From Patescibacteria group bacterium (GTDB taxonomy: Bacteria > Patescibacteriota > Gracilibacteria > JAHISY01), in assembly GCA_018817365.1 (NCBI GenBank), contig JAHISY010000035.1:1-33682 (forward strand): DNA of 33,682 bases. The letters run 5' to 3'. The notes below the pieces were generated by a model, which did no database searches, was not told the DNA's origin, and worked only from the letters and a program-made list of their open reading frames with translations. Positions 9,609 through 18,291 of this stretch are shown in pieces. Position numbers and translations under genes: made by a program. How positions within the stretch are numbered: the first letter of the stretch is position 1; every line of letters starts with the position of its first letter.

Positions 9609-10859
9609 ATGGATTACAAATTCCTACCCGCTGCGGATTCTGAAGTTCACGAGTTGATCAAAAAAGAAGAGCGGAGGCAGGCGAGCGGACTCGAATTAAT
9701 CGCGAGCGAAAACTATGCCTCGTCCGCAGTTTTGGAGGCGATGGCTTCGGTTTTTCAGAATAAATATTCCGAAGGCTACGTAGGGCGAAGATATTACGCG
9801 GGAAATGAAGTTGTCGACGAAATAGAAACGCTCGCAATCGAGCGCGCCAAAAAACTTTTCGGAGCCAATTTTGTGAATGTGCAGGCTCTCTCCGGTTCTC
9901 CCGCAAATTTGGCAGTTTACTTCGCGCTCATCGAGCCGGGCGACAAAATTCTCGGTTTGAAACTTGATCACGGCGGGCACCTCAGCCATGGTCATCCGAT
10001 TAATTTTACCGGCAAAACTTATGATTTCGTTCAGTTTGGCTGCAATCCTAAAACTGGCAGGATTGAAATGGACGAGGTTGAAAAATTGGCTCGCGAACAT
10101 CAGCCAAAAATGATTGTGGCGGGATTCAGCGCTTACTCGCGAGATTTCGACTGGGTTCGTTTTCGTAAAATCGCGGACGAGGTGGGCGCGCTCGCGTTCG
10201 CCGACATTGCCCACATTGCCGGTTTGATTGCGGGCAAACAGATTACCGGACCGATCGAAGCGGGCTTCGATGTGGTTACCACCACGACTCACAAAACTTT
10301 GCGGGGACCGCGGGGAGCTTTGATTTTTTCAAAAAACGAGGAGATCGCCAAAAAAATTAACCGCGCGGTTTTTCCGGGGATTCAAGGCGGACCGCACGAG
10401 CACGTCATTGCGGCGATTGCCGTCGCGCTCGGCGAGGCGCTGCAGCCGGAGTTCGCGGAATATTCCAAGCAAGTTATCGTTAATTCCAAAAAACTCGCGG
10501 CGGAATTGATTTCTCGCGGATTCGAAATCGTGTCCGGCGGGACAGACAATCATTTGATGGTCGTCGATTTACAAAATAAAAATGTCGGCGGTCGCGAATT
10601 TACCACCGCTCTCGATTGCGCGGGAATTTCCGCTTCCGCTTCCACTATTCCGAATGATCCGAACCCGCCGATGAAACCGAGCGGGATTCGATTCGGCACG
10701 CCGGCGATTACCACGCGGGGGATGCGGGAAGCCGAAATGGAAAAAATTGCAGAGTGGATTTCGCAGGTCGCGGGGAATTGGGAAGATTCTGAAAAGTTGA
10801 CGTCAATCAAAAAAGAAGTAGGGGAGCTGGCGGCGCAGTTTCCGGTTCCGGGAATTTAG
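9609..10859 (+). CDS. glyA: Serine hydroxymethyltransferase
   Basis: 416 aa with LELIASENY, YSEGYVGRRYYAG, the TTTTHKTLRGPRG PLP-lysine motif and GTDNHLMVVDL. Confidence 0.97.
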   Translation: MDYKFLPAADSEVHELIKKEERRQASGLELIASENYASSAVLEAMASVFQNKYSEGYVGRRYYAGNEVVDEIETLAIERAKKLFGANFVNVQALSGSPANLAVYFALIEPGDKILGLKLDHGGHLSHGHPINFTGKTYDFVQFGCNPKTGRIEMDEVEKLAREHQPKMIVAGFSAYSRDFDWVRFRKIADEVGALAFADIAHIAGLIAGKQITGPIEAGFDVVTTTTHKTLRGPRGALIFSKNEEIAKKINRAVFPGIQGGPHEHVIAAIAVALGEALQPEFAEYSKQVIVNSKKLAAELISRGFEIVSGGTDNHLMVVDLQNKNVGGREFTTALDCAGISASASTIPNDPNPPMKPSGIRFGTPAITTRGMREAEMEKIAEWISQVAGNWEDSEKLTSIKKEVGELAAQFPVPGI

Positions 10860-11012
10860 TCAATGTGCGATGGACAATATTGCTTGTTGAAAAATATTTA
10901 AACGAGGCGGATTACAAAAAAGCGGTTTAATCCGACGGGCTACCCAACACCAGGGAATTTAGTTTTTTGAATCAACTTCTAACTTAATTTCGAAAGAATA
11001 ATTTGACTTTTC

Positions 11013-11231
11013 TTATTTTGGATCATTTATTTTGTTTAACATCTTCAAAAGCATCGCAAGTGCTTTTCGCGGATTTTGTGAATTATTAAAAGTAGCCAAA
11101 ATTTCATCTCTAAAAATAAGTATTGATCCGAACTCTTCTTCATCGAGAAGGTAATTCAAGTCTCCCTCTAATAAGGTATTATTACAGGCAATGATTCCTT
11201 CTTTGAATTCGCGAGAAATAAAGGTTTTCAT
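11013..11231 (-). CDS. Hypothetical small protein (72 aa)
   Basis: The only support is an open frame in an AT-rich 0.7-kb spacer. I recognise no family and see no RBS. Confidence 0.3.
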   Translation of the reverse strand: MKTFISREFKEGIIACNNTLLEGDLNYLLDEEEFGSILIFRDEILATFNNSQNPRKALAMLLKMLNKINDPK

Positions 11232-11276
11232 CTATTTTTTAGTCGTTTAAAATTAAAAAAGCTTCGGGTCGGGAGT

Positions 11277-11483
11277 CTAAAGAACTGGCTGTAAAGTTCT
11301 AGAAATAAGAAATCGACTTACTCTATTAACCTGAAGAGCAATAGTATCTATTTCGTGCGAGTTGTCGATAGAGCTGTTTGGCTTCAAGCTGGGTCGGAAA
11401 CTAGCTCCTAAAGCAGTTTGTAAATCTATTTCGATTTCTTGAGCACCTTTGGGATTTTTATTGTTATCGTTTTCGTTTTCCAT
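11277..11483 (-). CDS. Hypothetical small protein (68 aa)
   Basis: Open frame only. The N-terminus is low complexity and Asn/Glu-rich (MENENDNNKNPKG). Confidence 0.25.
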   Translation of the reverse strand: MENENDNNKNPKGAQEIEIDLQTALGASFRPSLKPNSSIDNSHEIDTIALQVNRVSRFLISRTLQPVL

Positions 11484-11546
11484 AATTTAGTTGGTTAAAA
11501 ATAAAAAGGAGGTAAAATTAACTCACTTCTTTTTTAAAAGCAAACC

Positions 11547-12833
11547 ATGAAAAGCATTAAAATCGGTATCATCGGCTTCGGCGTCGTCGGCTCGGGTGTA
11601 GTGAAAGTTTTGCAAAAAAATTCCGCTGAAATTGAAAAACGAGTTGGCAGGAAGATTGAGATTGCGGCAATTGCGGATCTCGATTTGAAAACTGATCGCG
11701 GAGTAAAAATTGACCGCAAAATTCTCACGACTGACGGATTCGCGGTTTGCCGGAATCCTAAAATTGACGTCGTCGTCGAGCTCGTCGGCGGGACGGGGAT
11801 TGCCGCCAAATTCATCGAAACCGCGCTCGAAAACGGGAAACACGTGATTACCGCGAACAAAGCTTTGCTCTCCGAAAAAGGCGAAAAGCTTTTTCAGCTT
11901 GCGGAGAAAAAAAAGAAGCTCCTTCTTTTCGAAGCGGCGGTGGGAGGCGCGATTCCCATCATTCGCACGATTAAAACTTCACTCGCGGGCGAGCAAATCG
12001 AAAAAATTTATGGAATCCTCAACGGGACTTGCAACTACATTCTCACGAAATTGGCGAACGAAGGCGGTGACTTTGCCGAAGTTCTCGCCGACGCGCAAAA
12101 ACGCGGTTTTGCGGAAGCCGATCCGACGCTCGATATTGAGGGCGGTGACACCGCTCACAAAATCGCTTTGCTTGCGTCGATCGCGTTTGGTACGCAGGTG
12201 GATTTCAAACAAATTCACATCGAAGGCATCACGAAGCTGTCGGCTGCCGATTTCGAATTTGCGCGACGGTTGCAGCGCAAAATTAAACTCATTGCCGTCG
12301 CTAAAAAGGAAAATGGCTCGCTCGAAATTCGCGTTAATCCGACTTTGCTTTCCGTCGACTCTCCGCTTGCAAAAATTGACGGTGTGACGAATGCAGTTGC
12401 CTTTCACGGTAAAAATTTAGGTGAGATTATTCTTTCCGGACCGGGGGCAGGGAGTCTGCCGACTGCGACGGCTGTCGTCGGCGATATCATCGAAGCAGCG
12501 CGCGGTTCAGGCATAGCGAATCGTGGCATGGCGGAAGATTCGCTCGAAAAATTTCCAATCAAAAAAATTGAAAATGTTGAGAGTGAATATTATTTGCGTT
12601 TCGGCGTGAAGGATGAGGCGGGCGTGATTCGTGATATTTCGAAAGTATTGGCGAAATTTGATTTGAATATTCGCGACATCCTCCAGCTTGATTTGAAAGA
12701 ATTTCAACGCGAAGTTCCGCTTGTTATTTTGCTGCATAAAAATTCCGAATCGAAAATTCGAAAAGCAGTGGGGGAGATCAATCGGTTGAAATGCGTGTGC
12801 GGAAAAACGGTTGTTTTACGAGTAGAAGAATGA
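11547..12833 (+). CDS. hom: Homoserine dehydrogenase with C-terminal ACT domain
   Basis: IGIIGFGVVGSGV (Rossmann fold), VITANKALL, FEAAVGGAIPII, ILNGTCNYIL and GFAEADPTLDIEGGDTAHK are present. A C-terminal ~80-aa ACT-like segment follows. The gene ends in TGA. Confidence 0.93.
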   Translation: MKSIKIGIIGFGVVGSGVVKVLQKNSAEIEKRVGRKIEIAAIADLDLKTDRGVKIDRKILTTDGFAVCRNPKIDVVVELVGGTGIAAKFIETALENGKHVITANKALLSEKGEKLFQLAEKKKKLLLFEAAVGGAIPIIRTIKTSLAGEQIEKIYGILNGTCNYILTKLANEGGDFAEVLADAQKRGFAEADPTLDIEGGDTAHKIALLASIAFGTQVDFKQIHIEGITKLSAADFEFARRLQRKIKLIAVAKKENGSLEIRVNPTLLSVDSPLAKIDGVTNAVAFHGKNLGEIILSGPGAGSLPTATAVVGDIIEAARGSGIANRGMAEDSLEKFPIKKIENVESEYYLRFGVKDEAGVIRDISKVLAKFDLNIRDILQLDLKEFQREVPLVILLHKNSESKIRKAVGEINRLKCVCGKTVVLRVEE

Positions 12834-12866
12834 ATCAAGCAGTTTTCGTGCTAAAATCCAAATGAA

Positions 12867-13016
12867 ATGAATCTTCAAGCAGGCACCATTACGCAAAGAA
12901 ATACCCGTAAGATTTTGCGGGGAGTTAGTCCGTGGGAAAAAGTTCGAGGAATTTGGAAAGATAAAAAAATTGACAGCCTAAAACATCAGCAAAAAATTCG
13001 CCAAGAATGGAAATAA
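12867..13016 (+). CDS. vapB: Putative VapB-type antitoxin (49 aa, not in ORF track)
   Basis: My translation is MNLQAGTITQRNTRKILRGVSPWEKVRGIWKDKKIDSLKHQQKIRQEWK*. Its stop (13014-13016) overlaps the vapC ATG (13007) by 10 nt, which is the usual type II TA geometry. The C-terminal ..IRxEW tail resembles small antitoxins I have seen upstream of PIN toxins. Confidence 0.5.
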   Translation: MNLQAGTITQRNTRKILRGVSPWEKVRGIWKDKKIDSLKHQQKIRQEWK

Positions 13017-13375
13017 TTACACTCGATACAAACGCGGTAATTGACTATTTTAAGGGTGTTTCAGATGTGGTGAAAAAAATTGATGGTTTACGCGAGAAGG
13101 GTGTGCGCTTTGCTGTTTCCGTAATTGTAGAATTGGAACTTTTGAGTTTACCGAACCTTGATTCTCTCGACGAGTTGCAAATTTTAGACTGGTTAACCCA
13201 GATTTATGTTTTGCCAGTTGATTCAGCGATAGCTCGCCAAGCTGCTGAAATTCGCAGAGAAATGAAGATCAAAACTCCTGATGCGATTGTGGCTGCTACG
13301 GCAGTTTTTCTTGGAGGTAAATTTATTTCGCGAGATAAAAAATTGCAAAAAATAAAAGGGTTAAAGCTAATCTGA
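13007..13375 (+). CDS. vapC: PIN-domain ribonuclease toxin
   Basis: 122 aa. The four acidic PIN residues are in canonical positions: LDTN (D7), VELE (E42), PDAIVAATA (D92) and SRD (D109). Confidence 0.85.
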   Translation: MEIITLDTNAVIDYFKGVSDVVKKIDGLREKGVRFAVSVIVELELLSLPNLDSLDELQILDWLTQIYVLPVDSAIARQAAEIRREMKIKTPDAIVAATAVFLGGKFISRDKKLQKIKGLKLI

Positions 13376-13417
13376 TTTTTTCGGCTAAACTCCAAATAAT
13401 TTTTTAAGTTCTGCGTT

Positions 13418-14545
13418 TTGCATTCTAAATTCAAGGTCGCTCTCGTTCACGATTGGCTCACTGATTTCGGCGGGGCAGAGCGCGTGCTGCTTGCTTTCCA
13501 TGAGTTGTTTCCCGATGCGCCGATTTTCACCACTTTTTTTCGACCGGAGAATTTGCCGATGTTCGCGGATGCGGATATTCGAACAAGCTACCTTCAAAAA
13601 ATTCCGTTTGCGCGGAAACACCACCGTCTCTTTTTTCCGATGATGCCGGCGGCGGTTGAGTCGTGGGATTTCGGCGAATTCGATCTCGTGATTTCCGACA
13701 GTTCGTCCGGCTGTGCGAAAGGAATCATCACGAAGCCGGAGACGCTCCACATTTGCTACTGCCACAATCCGAACCGCGCATTGTGGGACGGCGCTCACGA
13801 ATACCTTCGCCTTCACGAAAAGAACTTTAATTTTCTCGCGCGGAAAATGATTCCTCGACAACTGATGAAGATGCGGATGTGGGATCGCGTGGCGGCTGAT
13901 CGCGTCGATTATTTTCTCGCGAATTCCGAATTTGTGGCTAAGCGGATTCAAAAATATTATCAGCGGGAAGCCACCGTGATTCATCCGCCGGTAGAGACGA
14001 AGCAATTCGTTCCATCTGAAAAGAAGCCGGCGAATTATTTTCTCGCGGTCGGACGGCTGATTCCATACAAACGCTTCGATCTCGCGATTCAAGCTGCAAA
14101 TGTTCTCGGGGTGAAACTTCGAATCGTCGGAATCGGTCCGGAGGAAAAAAGGTTGCGGGCGATGGCTGGTCCGACGGTGACATTTTTTGGAAAAGTTTCA
14201 GAGGAGACATTGCAGAGAATGTATTCCGAATGCCGCGCTCTCATTTTTCCGCAAGTCGAGGATTTCGGACTCACCGCCGTCGAGGTGCAGGCTTCCGGTC
14301 GACCGGTCGTTGCATTTCATGGCGGGGGCGCGCTTGAGACGATTCGGCAAAATCAAACCGGAATTTTTTTCAATCAGCAAACCGTTTCTTCGCTCGCGGA
14401 TGCGATGCAGCGCACGATTCGGAAGCGGTGGGTAAAAAAGTCAATCGTGAAAAACGCGGAGCGGTTTGACACGGATAAATTCAAAAAGCGGATTTTGGAG
14501 TTTGTGGAGGAGAAGCTGGAGGAAATTTATACCGCTTCGCAATAG
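13418..14545 (+). CDS. GT4-family (group 1) glycosyltransferase
   Basis: 375 aa. KVALVHDWLTDFGGAERV is the N-terminal signature. The C-terminal E-x7-E region is FPQVEDFGLTAVEVQASGRPVV. The start is TTG at 13418 because no nearby ATG exists. Confidence 0.85.
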   Translation: MHSKFKVALVHDWLTDFGGAERVLLAFHELFPDAPIFTTFFRPENLPMFADADIRTSYLQKIPFARKHHRLFFPMMPAAVESWDFGEFDLVISDSSSGCAKGIITKPETLHICYCHNPNRALWDGAHEYLRLHEKNFNFLARKMIPRQLMKMRMWDRVAADRVDYFLANSEFVAKRIQKYYQREATVIHPPVETKQFVPSEKKPANYFLAVGRLIPYKRFDLAIQAANVLGVKLRIVGIGPEEKRLRAMAGPTVTFFGKVSEETLQRMYSECRALIFPQVEDFGLTAVEVQASGRPVVAFHGGGALETIRQNQTGIFFNQQTVSSLADAMQRTIRKRWVKKSIVKNAERFDTDKFKKRILEFVEEKLEEIYTASQ

Positions 14546-14657
14546 AAATACTACAGCCTACATTTTTATAAATTAATTCTACTACTAAGATTTAATCTTT
14601 TTAGTACCAATGCTGCGCGGTATTAATAGCTTTTCTATCGTAGATTGGTATTAAAAA

Positions 14658-15260
14658 CTAAAATCTTTTCTCCACATCGAAATAGTCAATCTTCCATTCG
14701 CCATTTCTCAAAACCAAGAAAGCCTTTTTTAGCTCGCCGTGAGTTTCTCGATCAAAAGTCCATACCGCCGATTTTCGGAAACGGAAAACTTTCGTGGTGA
14801 GTTTGCTTTCTGATTCGACTCTCTCGAAATCGGAAATCTCGATTTTTCCTGAAATTTCATTATCCATTGACTCCTGCAATCTTGCGGCATATGTCTCTGC
14901 GCTTCCCACCAAAAATTCGCGAGTGCGAATTGCGGTGGCCTCCGCGTAATTTCCCGCGTTGATTTCCTCGAAATATTTCCGCAATGCAGCCTCCGCATTC
15001 CGCCACATCTGCTCGTCGATTTCGATCGCGGTTTCCGCGGCAGGAGAATCAAAAGAAGTTGTCGAAACGGGAGAAATTGAAGTGGCGGGAGAGGCGAGGC
15101 GGATTTCGGTTTTCTCCTCGCGAGCGATCGGTTCCGCGCGCGGGCGATTCAAGCTTGCATCGAGTTTCACGAGGACATACGCGCTCGTCACCGTGAAGAA
15201 CGCGAGACCGACAAGCGCGAAAGCGAGCTTCGTTTCATGTTTTCTTTTTTGAAAAGACAT
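14658..15260 (-). CDS. Membrane-anchored hypothetical protein
   Basis: I prefer the internal ATG at 15260 (MSFQKRKHETKLAFALVGLAFFTVTSAYVLV..). It lies immediately after the transketolase stop at 15262-15264. The track start at 15356 would overlap tkt by 95 nt. The protein has a single N-terminal TM helix and a ~130-aa soluble domain. Confidence 0.6.
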   Translation of the reverse strand: MSFQKRKHETKLAFALVGLAFFTVTSAYVLVKLDASLNRPRAEPIAREEKTEIRLASPATSISPVSTTSFDSPAAETAIEIDEQMWRNAEAALRKYFEEINAGNYAEATAIRTREFLVGSAETYAARLQESMDNEISGKIEISDFERVESESKLTTKVFRFRKSAVWTFDRETHGELKKAFLVLRNGEWKIDYFDVEKRF

Positions 15261-15261
15261 T

Positions 15262-16194
15262 TTAAAGTTTGCCAAAAATTTGTTTCGCGATTCCCGCTCC
15301 ATCCAATTTATATTTTCGCAGCAAATCGTCTGTTTTTCCGCTCTCTCCGAATTCATCTCGCATTCCGATTCGCATTAATTTCGAATTCACTCCGCTCTCC
15401 GCGATCAGCTCCGCAATCGCGCTTCCCAAACCGCCGATGATTGAGTGATCTTCGGCAGTGAAAACTTTTTTGAATTTTTTCAAAAGCGGCAGAATCGTTC
15501 GGGTGTCGAGTGGTTTCAGAGTCGAAACATTCACCACTCCCACATTCTTCCCACGCGTTTTCAAAATCGCCGCGGCTTCAGTCGCGAATGGCACTTCCGT
15601 GCCGATTGCGAAAATTATGCCGTCTTTTCCATTCCGCAAAACATCGGCTCGACCGAGCTTTGCGCGGAATTTCGAGTCGTAAACTGTCGGAATTTTTTGC
15701 CGACCGAGACGGAGGTAGCAGGCTGTTTTTTCCCTTGCAATCAGCGGAATCATCGCGCGCGCTTCGAAATAATCGGCGGGGCAGTAAATCCGCATTCCTG
15801 GCAGTCCTCTCATTAAATTCAAATCTTCCAAAGCTTGGTGAGTCGCGCCGTCCTCGCCTGTCAAAATTCCCGCGTGGCTGCCGACGATTTTCACATTATT
15901 TTCCGAGTAGCAAACAGACTGTCGGATTTGATTGTAAGTCAATCCTGTCGCAAAAACCGCGAAACTCGCTGCGAACGGAATCTTCCCGCCGCGAGCGAGG
16001 CCCGCCGAGATGCCAATTAAATTCGCCTCCGCGATGCCGACATTCCATGCGCGGCGCGGATATTTTTCCGCAAATTTCAACGTCTGCACCGAATGCCGCA
16101 AATCGGCATCCACCACCACCACTTCCGGAATTTTTTCCGCGATGTCGAGCAGCCCGTCGCCGAAGCCCTCGCGCGTCGATTTTTGTTCGTTCAT
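15262..16194 (-). CDS. Transketolase, C-terminal half (pyrimidine-binding plus C-terminal domains)
   Basis: The start is at MNEQKSTREGFGDGL (ATG 16194), giving 311 aa. FNVGIAEANLIGISAGLA-type and GSHAGILTGEDGATHQALEDL motifs are present, and the C-terminal domain has DTRTILP...TAEDHSIIGGLGS. The 43 extra N-terminal codons in the track ORF lack conservation features. Confidence 0.9.
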   Translation of the reverse strand: MNEQKSTREGFGDGLLDIAEKIPEVVVVDADLRHSVQTLKFAEKYPRRAWNVGIAEANLIGISAGLARGGKIPFAASFAVFATGLTYNQIRQSVCYSENNVKIVGSHAGILTGEDGATHQALEDLNLMRGLPGMRIYCPADYFEARAMIPLIAREKTACYLRLGRQKIPTVYDSKFRAKLGRADVLRNGKDGIIFAIGTEVPFATEAAAILKTRGKNVGVVNVSTLKPLDTRTILPLLKKFKKVFTAEDHSIIGGLGSAIAELIAESGVNSKLMRIGMRDEFGESGKTDDLLRKYKLDGAGIAKQIFGKL

Positions 16195-16349
16195 CTTTTG
16201 AATTTTAACACCTTCAAAACCTTTTAAAAAAAGATTTGCGTTTTCTTTAAAAGAAGCTAAACTCTTCAAACTTTTCGGGAAAATCGGTTTAAGGAGGGTT
16301 AATTCTTTCCGCAACCATTTCAACGGAAAGGTATTTAACCCCCTTTAAA

Positions 16350-16688
16350 ATGTCTGATGATCAGACAACCGCGGACGATGCTGCGGACGCTCCTGCCGAC
16401 AAGGCTCAACAAAAGGAGCAACCAGTCGCCGGTGGCGACAAAACCCTCACCTGCGAGGAATGCGGGAAAGATTTTATCTTTACCGCCGGAGAGCAGGAGT
16501 TTTACGAGGAGAAAGGTTTCACTCCTCCGAAGCGCTGCCCGGATTGCCGCGCTGCCAAAAAAGCCGCTGGACGGCAGTTCACGAAAGTGACCTGCGCGGG
16601 ATGCGGAAAAGAAACTGAGGTGCCTTTCGTGCCGAGCGGAGACCGACCGGTCTACTGCCGCGAGTGTTTCGAGGCGCAAAATCGATAA
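16350..16688 (+). CDS. Double zinc-ribbon protein (CxxC-x17-CxxC type)
   Basis: 112 aa with an acidic disordered N-terminus. It then shows CEECGKDFIFTAGEQEFYEEKGFTPPKRCPDCR and CAGCGKETEVPFVPSGDRPVYCRECF, a recognisable widespread small zinc-ribbon family. Confidence 0.8.
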   Translation: MSDDQTTADDAADAPADKAQQKEQPVAGGDKTLTCEECGKDFIFTAGEQEFYEEKGFTPPKRCPDCRAAKKAAGRQFTKVTCAGCGKETEVPFVPSGDRPVYCRECFEAQNR

Positions 16689-16708
16689 TTTTTCTTATCG
16701 AAAAAAAG

Positions 16709-16737
16709 AGGAGGGTCGCAAGACCCTCTTTTTTATT
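16709..16737. terminator. Bidirectional intrinsic terminator between the two convergent zinc-ribbon genes
   Basis: AAAAAAAG-AGGAGGGTC-GCAA-GACCCTCTT-TTTTATTTT. A 7-9 bp GC stem with a GCAA tetraloop is flanked by A and T tracts. Confidence 0.85.
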
Positions 16738-16742
16738 TTATT

Positions 16743-17093
16743 TCAAAAAATCCGCGACAAAATCAAACTTCCGAAAACAACGACCGCGATCAAAATCAGC
16801 CAGCCGAGCAAACCCATCTGCCGCTGCCGCTCCTCCAGTTTCCGCCGCGATTCAGTCTCCACCATTTTTTCCACGCAGTTACCGCAGCGCATTTCACTGA
16901 TTTCCACCGCGTCGCCGCAACCGTCGCAGTGGATTTTCGTCAAAAAAGTTTTGCAGTGGCGGCATTTTTTTGCATTTTTTTCAATCAACTCCGCGCACCA
17001 CGGACATTTCCGCAAATTCAAATCGACGCCGCAGAATTTACACTTCAGCGCGTCGTCTTTGATTTTTTCGCCGCAAGCGGGGCAATCTTTCAT
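16743..17093 (-). CDS. Zinc-ribbon protein with C-terminal TM anchor
   Basis: I prefer the ATG at 17093 (MKDCPACGEKI..), giving 117 aa. There are five CxxC pairs. A basic coiled segment follows, then the hydrophobic tail LLGWLILIAVVVFGSLIL. Confidence 0.65.
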   Translation of the reverse strand: MKDCPACGEKIKDDALKCKFCGVDLNLRKCPWCAELIEKNAKKCRHCKTFLTKIHCDGCGDAVEISEMRCGNCVEKMVETESRRKLEERQRQMGLLGWLILIAVVVFGSLILSRIF

Positions 17094-17121
17094 AGTTAGT
17101 AGTTTGTAGTTAGTAGTTTGT
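17094..17121 (+). repeat. Perfect 2 x 14-bp tandem repeat AGTTAGTAGTTTGT (C-free)
   Basis: Units are at 17094-17107 and 17108-17121, directly abutting the zinc-ribbon gene start codon. Confidence 0.9.
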
Positions 17122-17127
17122 GGCAGG

Positions 17128-17159
17128 AATTTCAAATTTCTAATTTTAAATTTCAAAAT
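17128..17159 (-). repeat. Copy of the dispersed AATTTCTAATTTT element
   Basis: AATTTCAAATTTCTAATTTTAAATTTCAAAAT. The 13-mer AATTTCTAATTTT (17135-17147) is identical to 28545-28557. Confidence 0.7.
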
Positions 17160-17286
17160 CCCAAAGGGATCGCTTCGTCGACAATTTTTAATTTCTTAAT
17201 TATTTAATTTTAAACAAACACTTACAACAAGTTAATAACTAGGATGAGTTTAACACCGTTGTTGGCTCTGCTAAAATCTCGCTACA

Positions 17287-18291
17287 ATGAAAAAAATTAA
17301 AGTGGCGATCAACGGCTATGGGCGGATTGGGAGATGCTTCCACCGCCAGATTTTGGGCGACTCTTCGATTGAAATCGTCGCGATCAATTCTCGTTCCGAC
17401 GCGGCGACACACGCGCACCTTTTGAAATACGATTCGATTTATGGGACGCTTTCAAACAAGATTGACTCGCGAGAGGGCGAGCTGATTGTCGATGGGAACA
17501 AAATTAAAGTTTTCGAGGGAATTCCCGGAAAAGATTTCCGGTGGGATGATTTGAAAATTGATGTGGTCATTGAAGCGACTGGGATGTTAGTCGACTACAC
17601 GCGCGCGGAGATGCACCTCTCTGCCGGCGCGCGAAAAGTTCTCGTGACTGCGCCGTGCAATGACATTCGGATTCCGACTTTCGTGATGGGGGTGAATGAC
17701 GGTGAATACGATTCGAATTCGAAAATTCTTTCGAACGCGAGCTGCACGACGAATTGTCTCGCGCCGCTGGCGATGGTTTTGCATGAAAATTTCGGCATCC
17801 GCCGCGCGCAACTTTCCACCGTCCACGCCGTGACGGGCAATCAAAATATCCTCGACAATTCCAGCGCGGATTTGCGCCGCGCGAGGAGTTTCCTGCCGTC
17901 GATCGTTCCGACCAAAACCGGAGTTTCTTCCGCGCTCGCGCGAGTGTTGCCGGAGCTTGCTTCGAAATTCAGCGGCGTGAGTCTGCGCGTGCCGACTTTG
18001 ATTGTCTCGTTGGTCGATCTCACCGCGGAGCTGGAAAAGGAGGTTTCCGCTGAAGATGTGAATGCGGCGATTGAAAAAGCGGCGGCGGGGAAGTTGGCGG
18101 GGATTCTAGGCATTGAAAAAACTCCGCTCGTCTCCATCGACTTCAAAGGCGATTTCCGCAGTTCGATTGTCGATGCGGAAAATACAAAAGTGGTCGGCGG
18201 CAAACTGCTAAAAATTCTCGCGTGGTATGACAACGAATGGGGCTATTCGGCGCGCGTGGTGGATTTGGTGAAGCTCTGCGGCATGAATTAA
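17287..18291 (+). CDS. gap: Glyceraldehyde-3-phosphate dehydrogenase
   Basis: INGYGRIGR, the SNASCTTNCLAP active-site Cys motif and WYDNEWGYS are present. Length is 334 aa. Confidence 0.97.
   Translation: MKKIKVAINGYGRIGRCFHRQILGDSSIEIVAINSRSDAATHAHLLKYDSIYGTLSNKIDSREGELIVDGNKIKVFEGIPGKDFRWDDLKIDVVIEATGMLVDYTRAEMHLSAGARKVLVTAPCNDIRIPTFVMGVNDGEYDSNSKILSNASCTTNCLAPLAMVLHENFGIRRAQLSTVHAVTGNQNILDNSSADLRRARSFLPSIVPTKTGVSSALARVLPELASKFSGVSLRVPTLIVSLVDLTAELEKEVSAEDVNAAIEKAAAGKLAGILGIEKTPLVSIDFKGDFRSSIVDAENTKVVGGKLLKILAWYDNEWGYSARVVDLVKLCGMN

Noticed and set aside
11506-11537. A strong AAGGAGGT followed by a 6-codon frame (ATT AAC TCA CTT CTT TTT TAA), considered as a possible leader peptide or attenuator for hom.
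   Set aside because: It has a non-canonical ATT start, no Thr/Ile/Met regulatory codons, and no alternative terminator/antiterminator hairpins before the hom ATG. I kept it only as a remark within the AT-rich island finding.
13385-14092. A 235-aa minus-strand ORF antisense to the GT4 glycosyltransferase. Similar long antisense ORFs lie at 15510-16208 (+), 9035-9580 (+), 9696-10292 (-), 22805-23356 (+), 28692-29222 (-) and 31350-31841 (-).
   Set aside because: Each lies fully inside a gene with clear family motifs on the other strand. Their translations are Arg/Ser/Phe-rich low-complexity sequence with no motifs. They are typical shadow frames of moderately GC-rich coding DNA.
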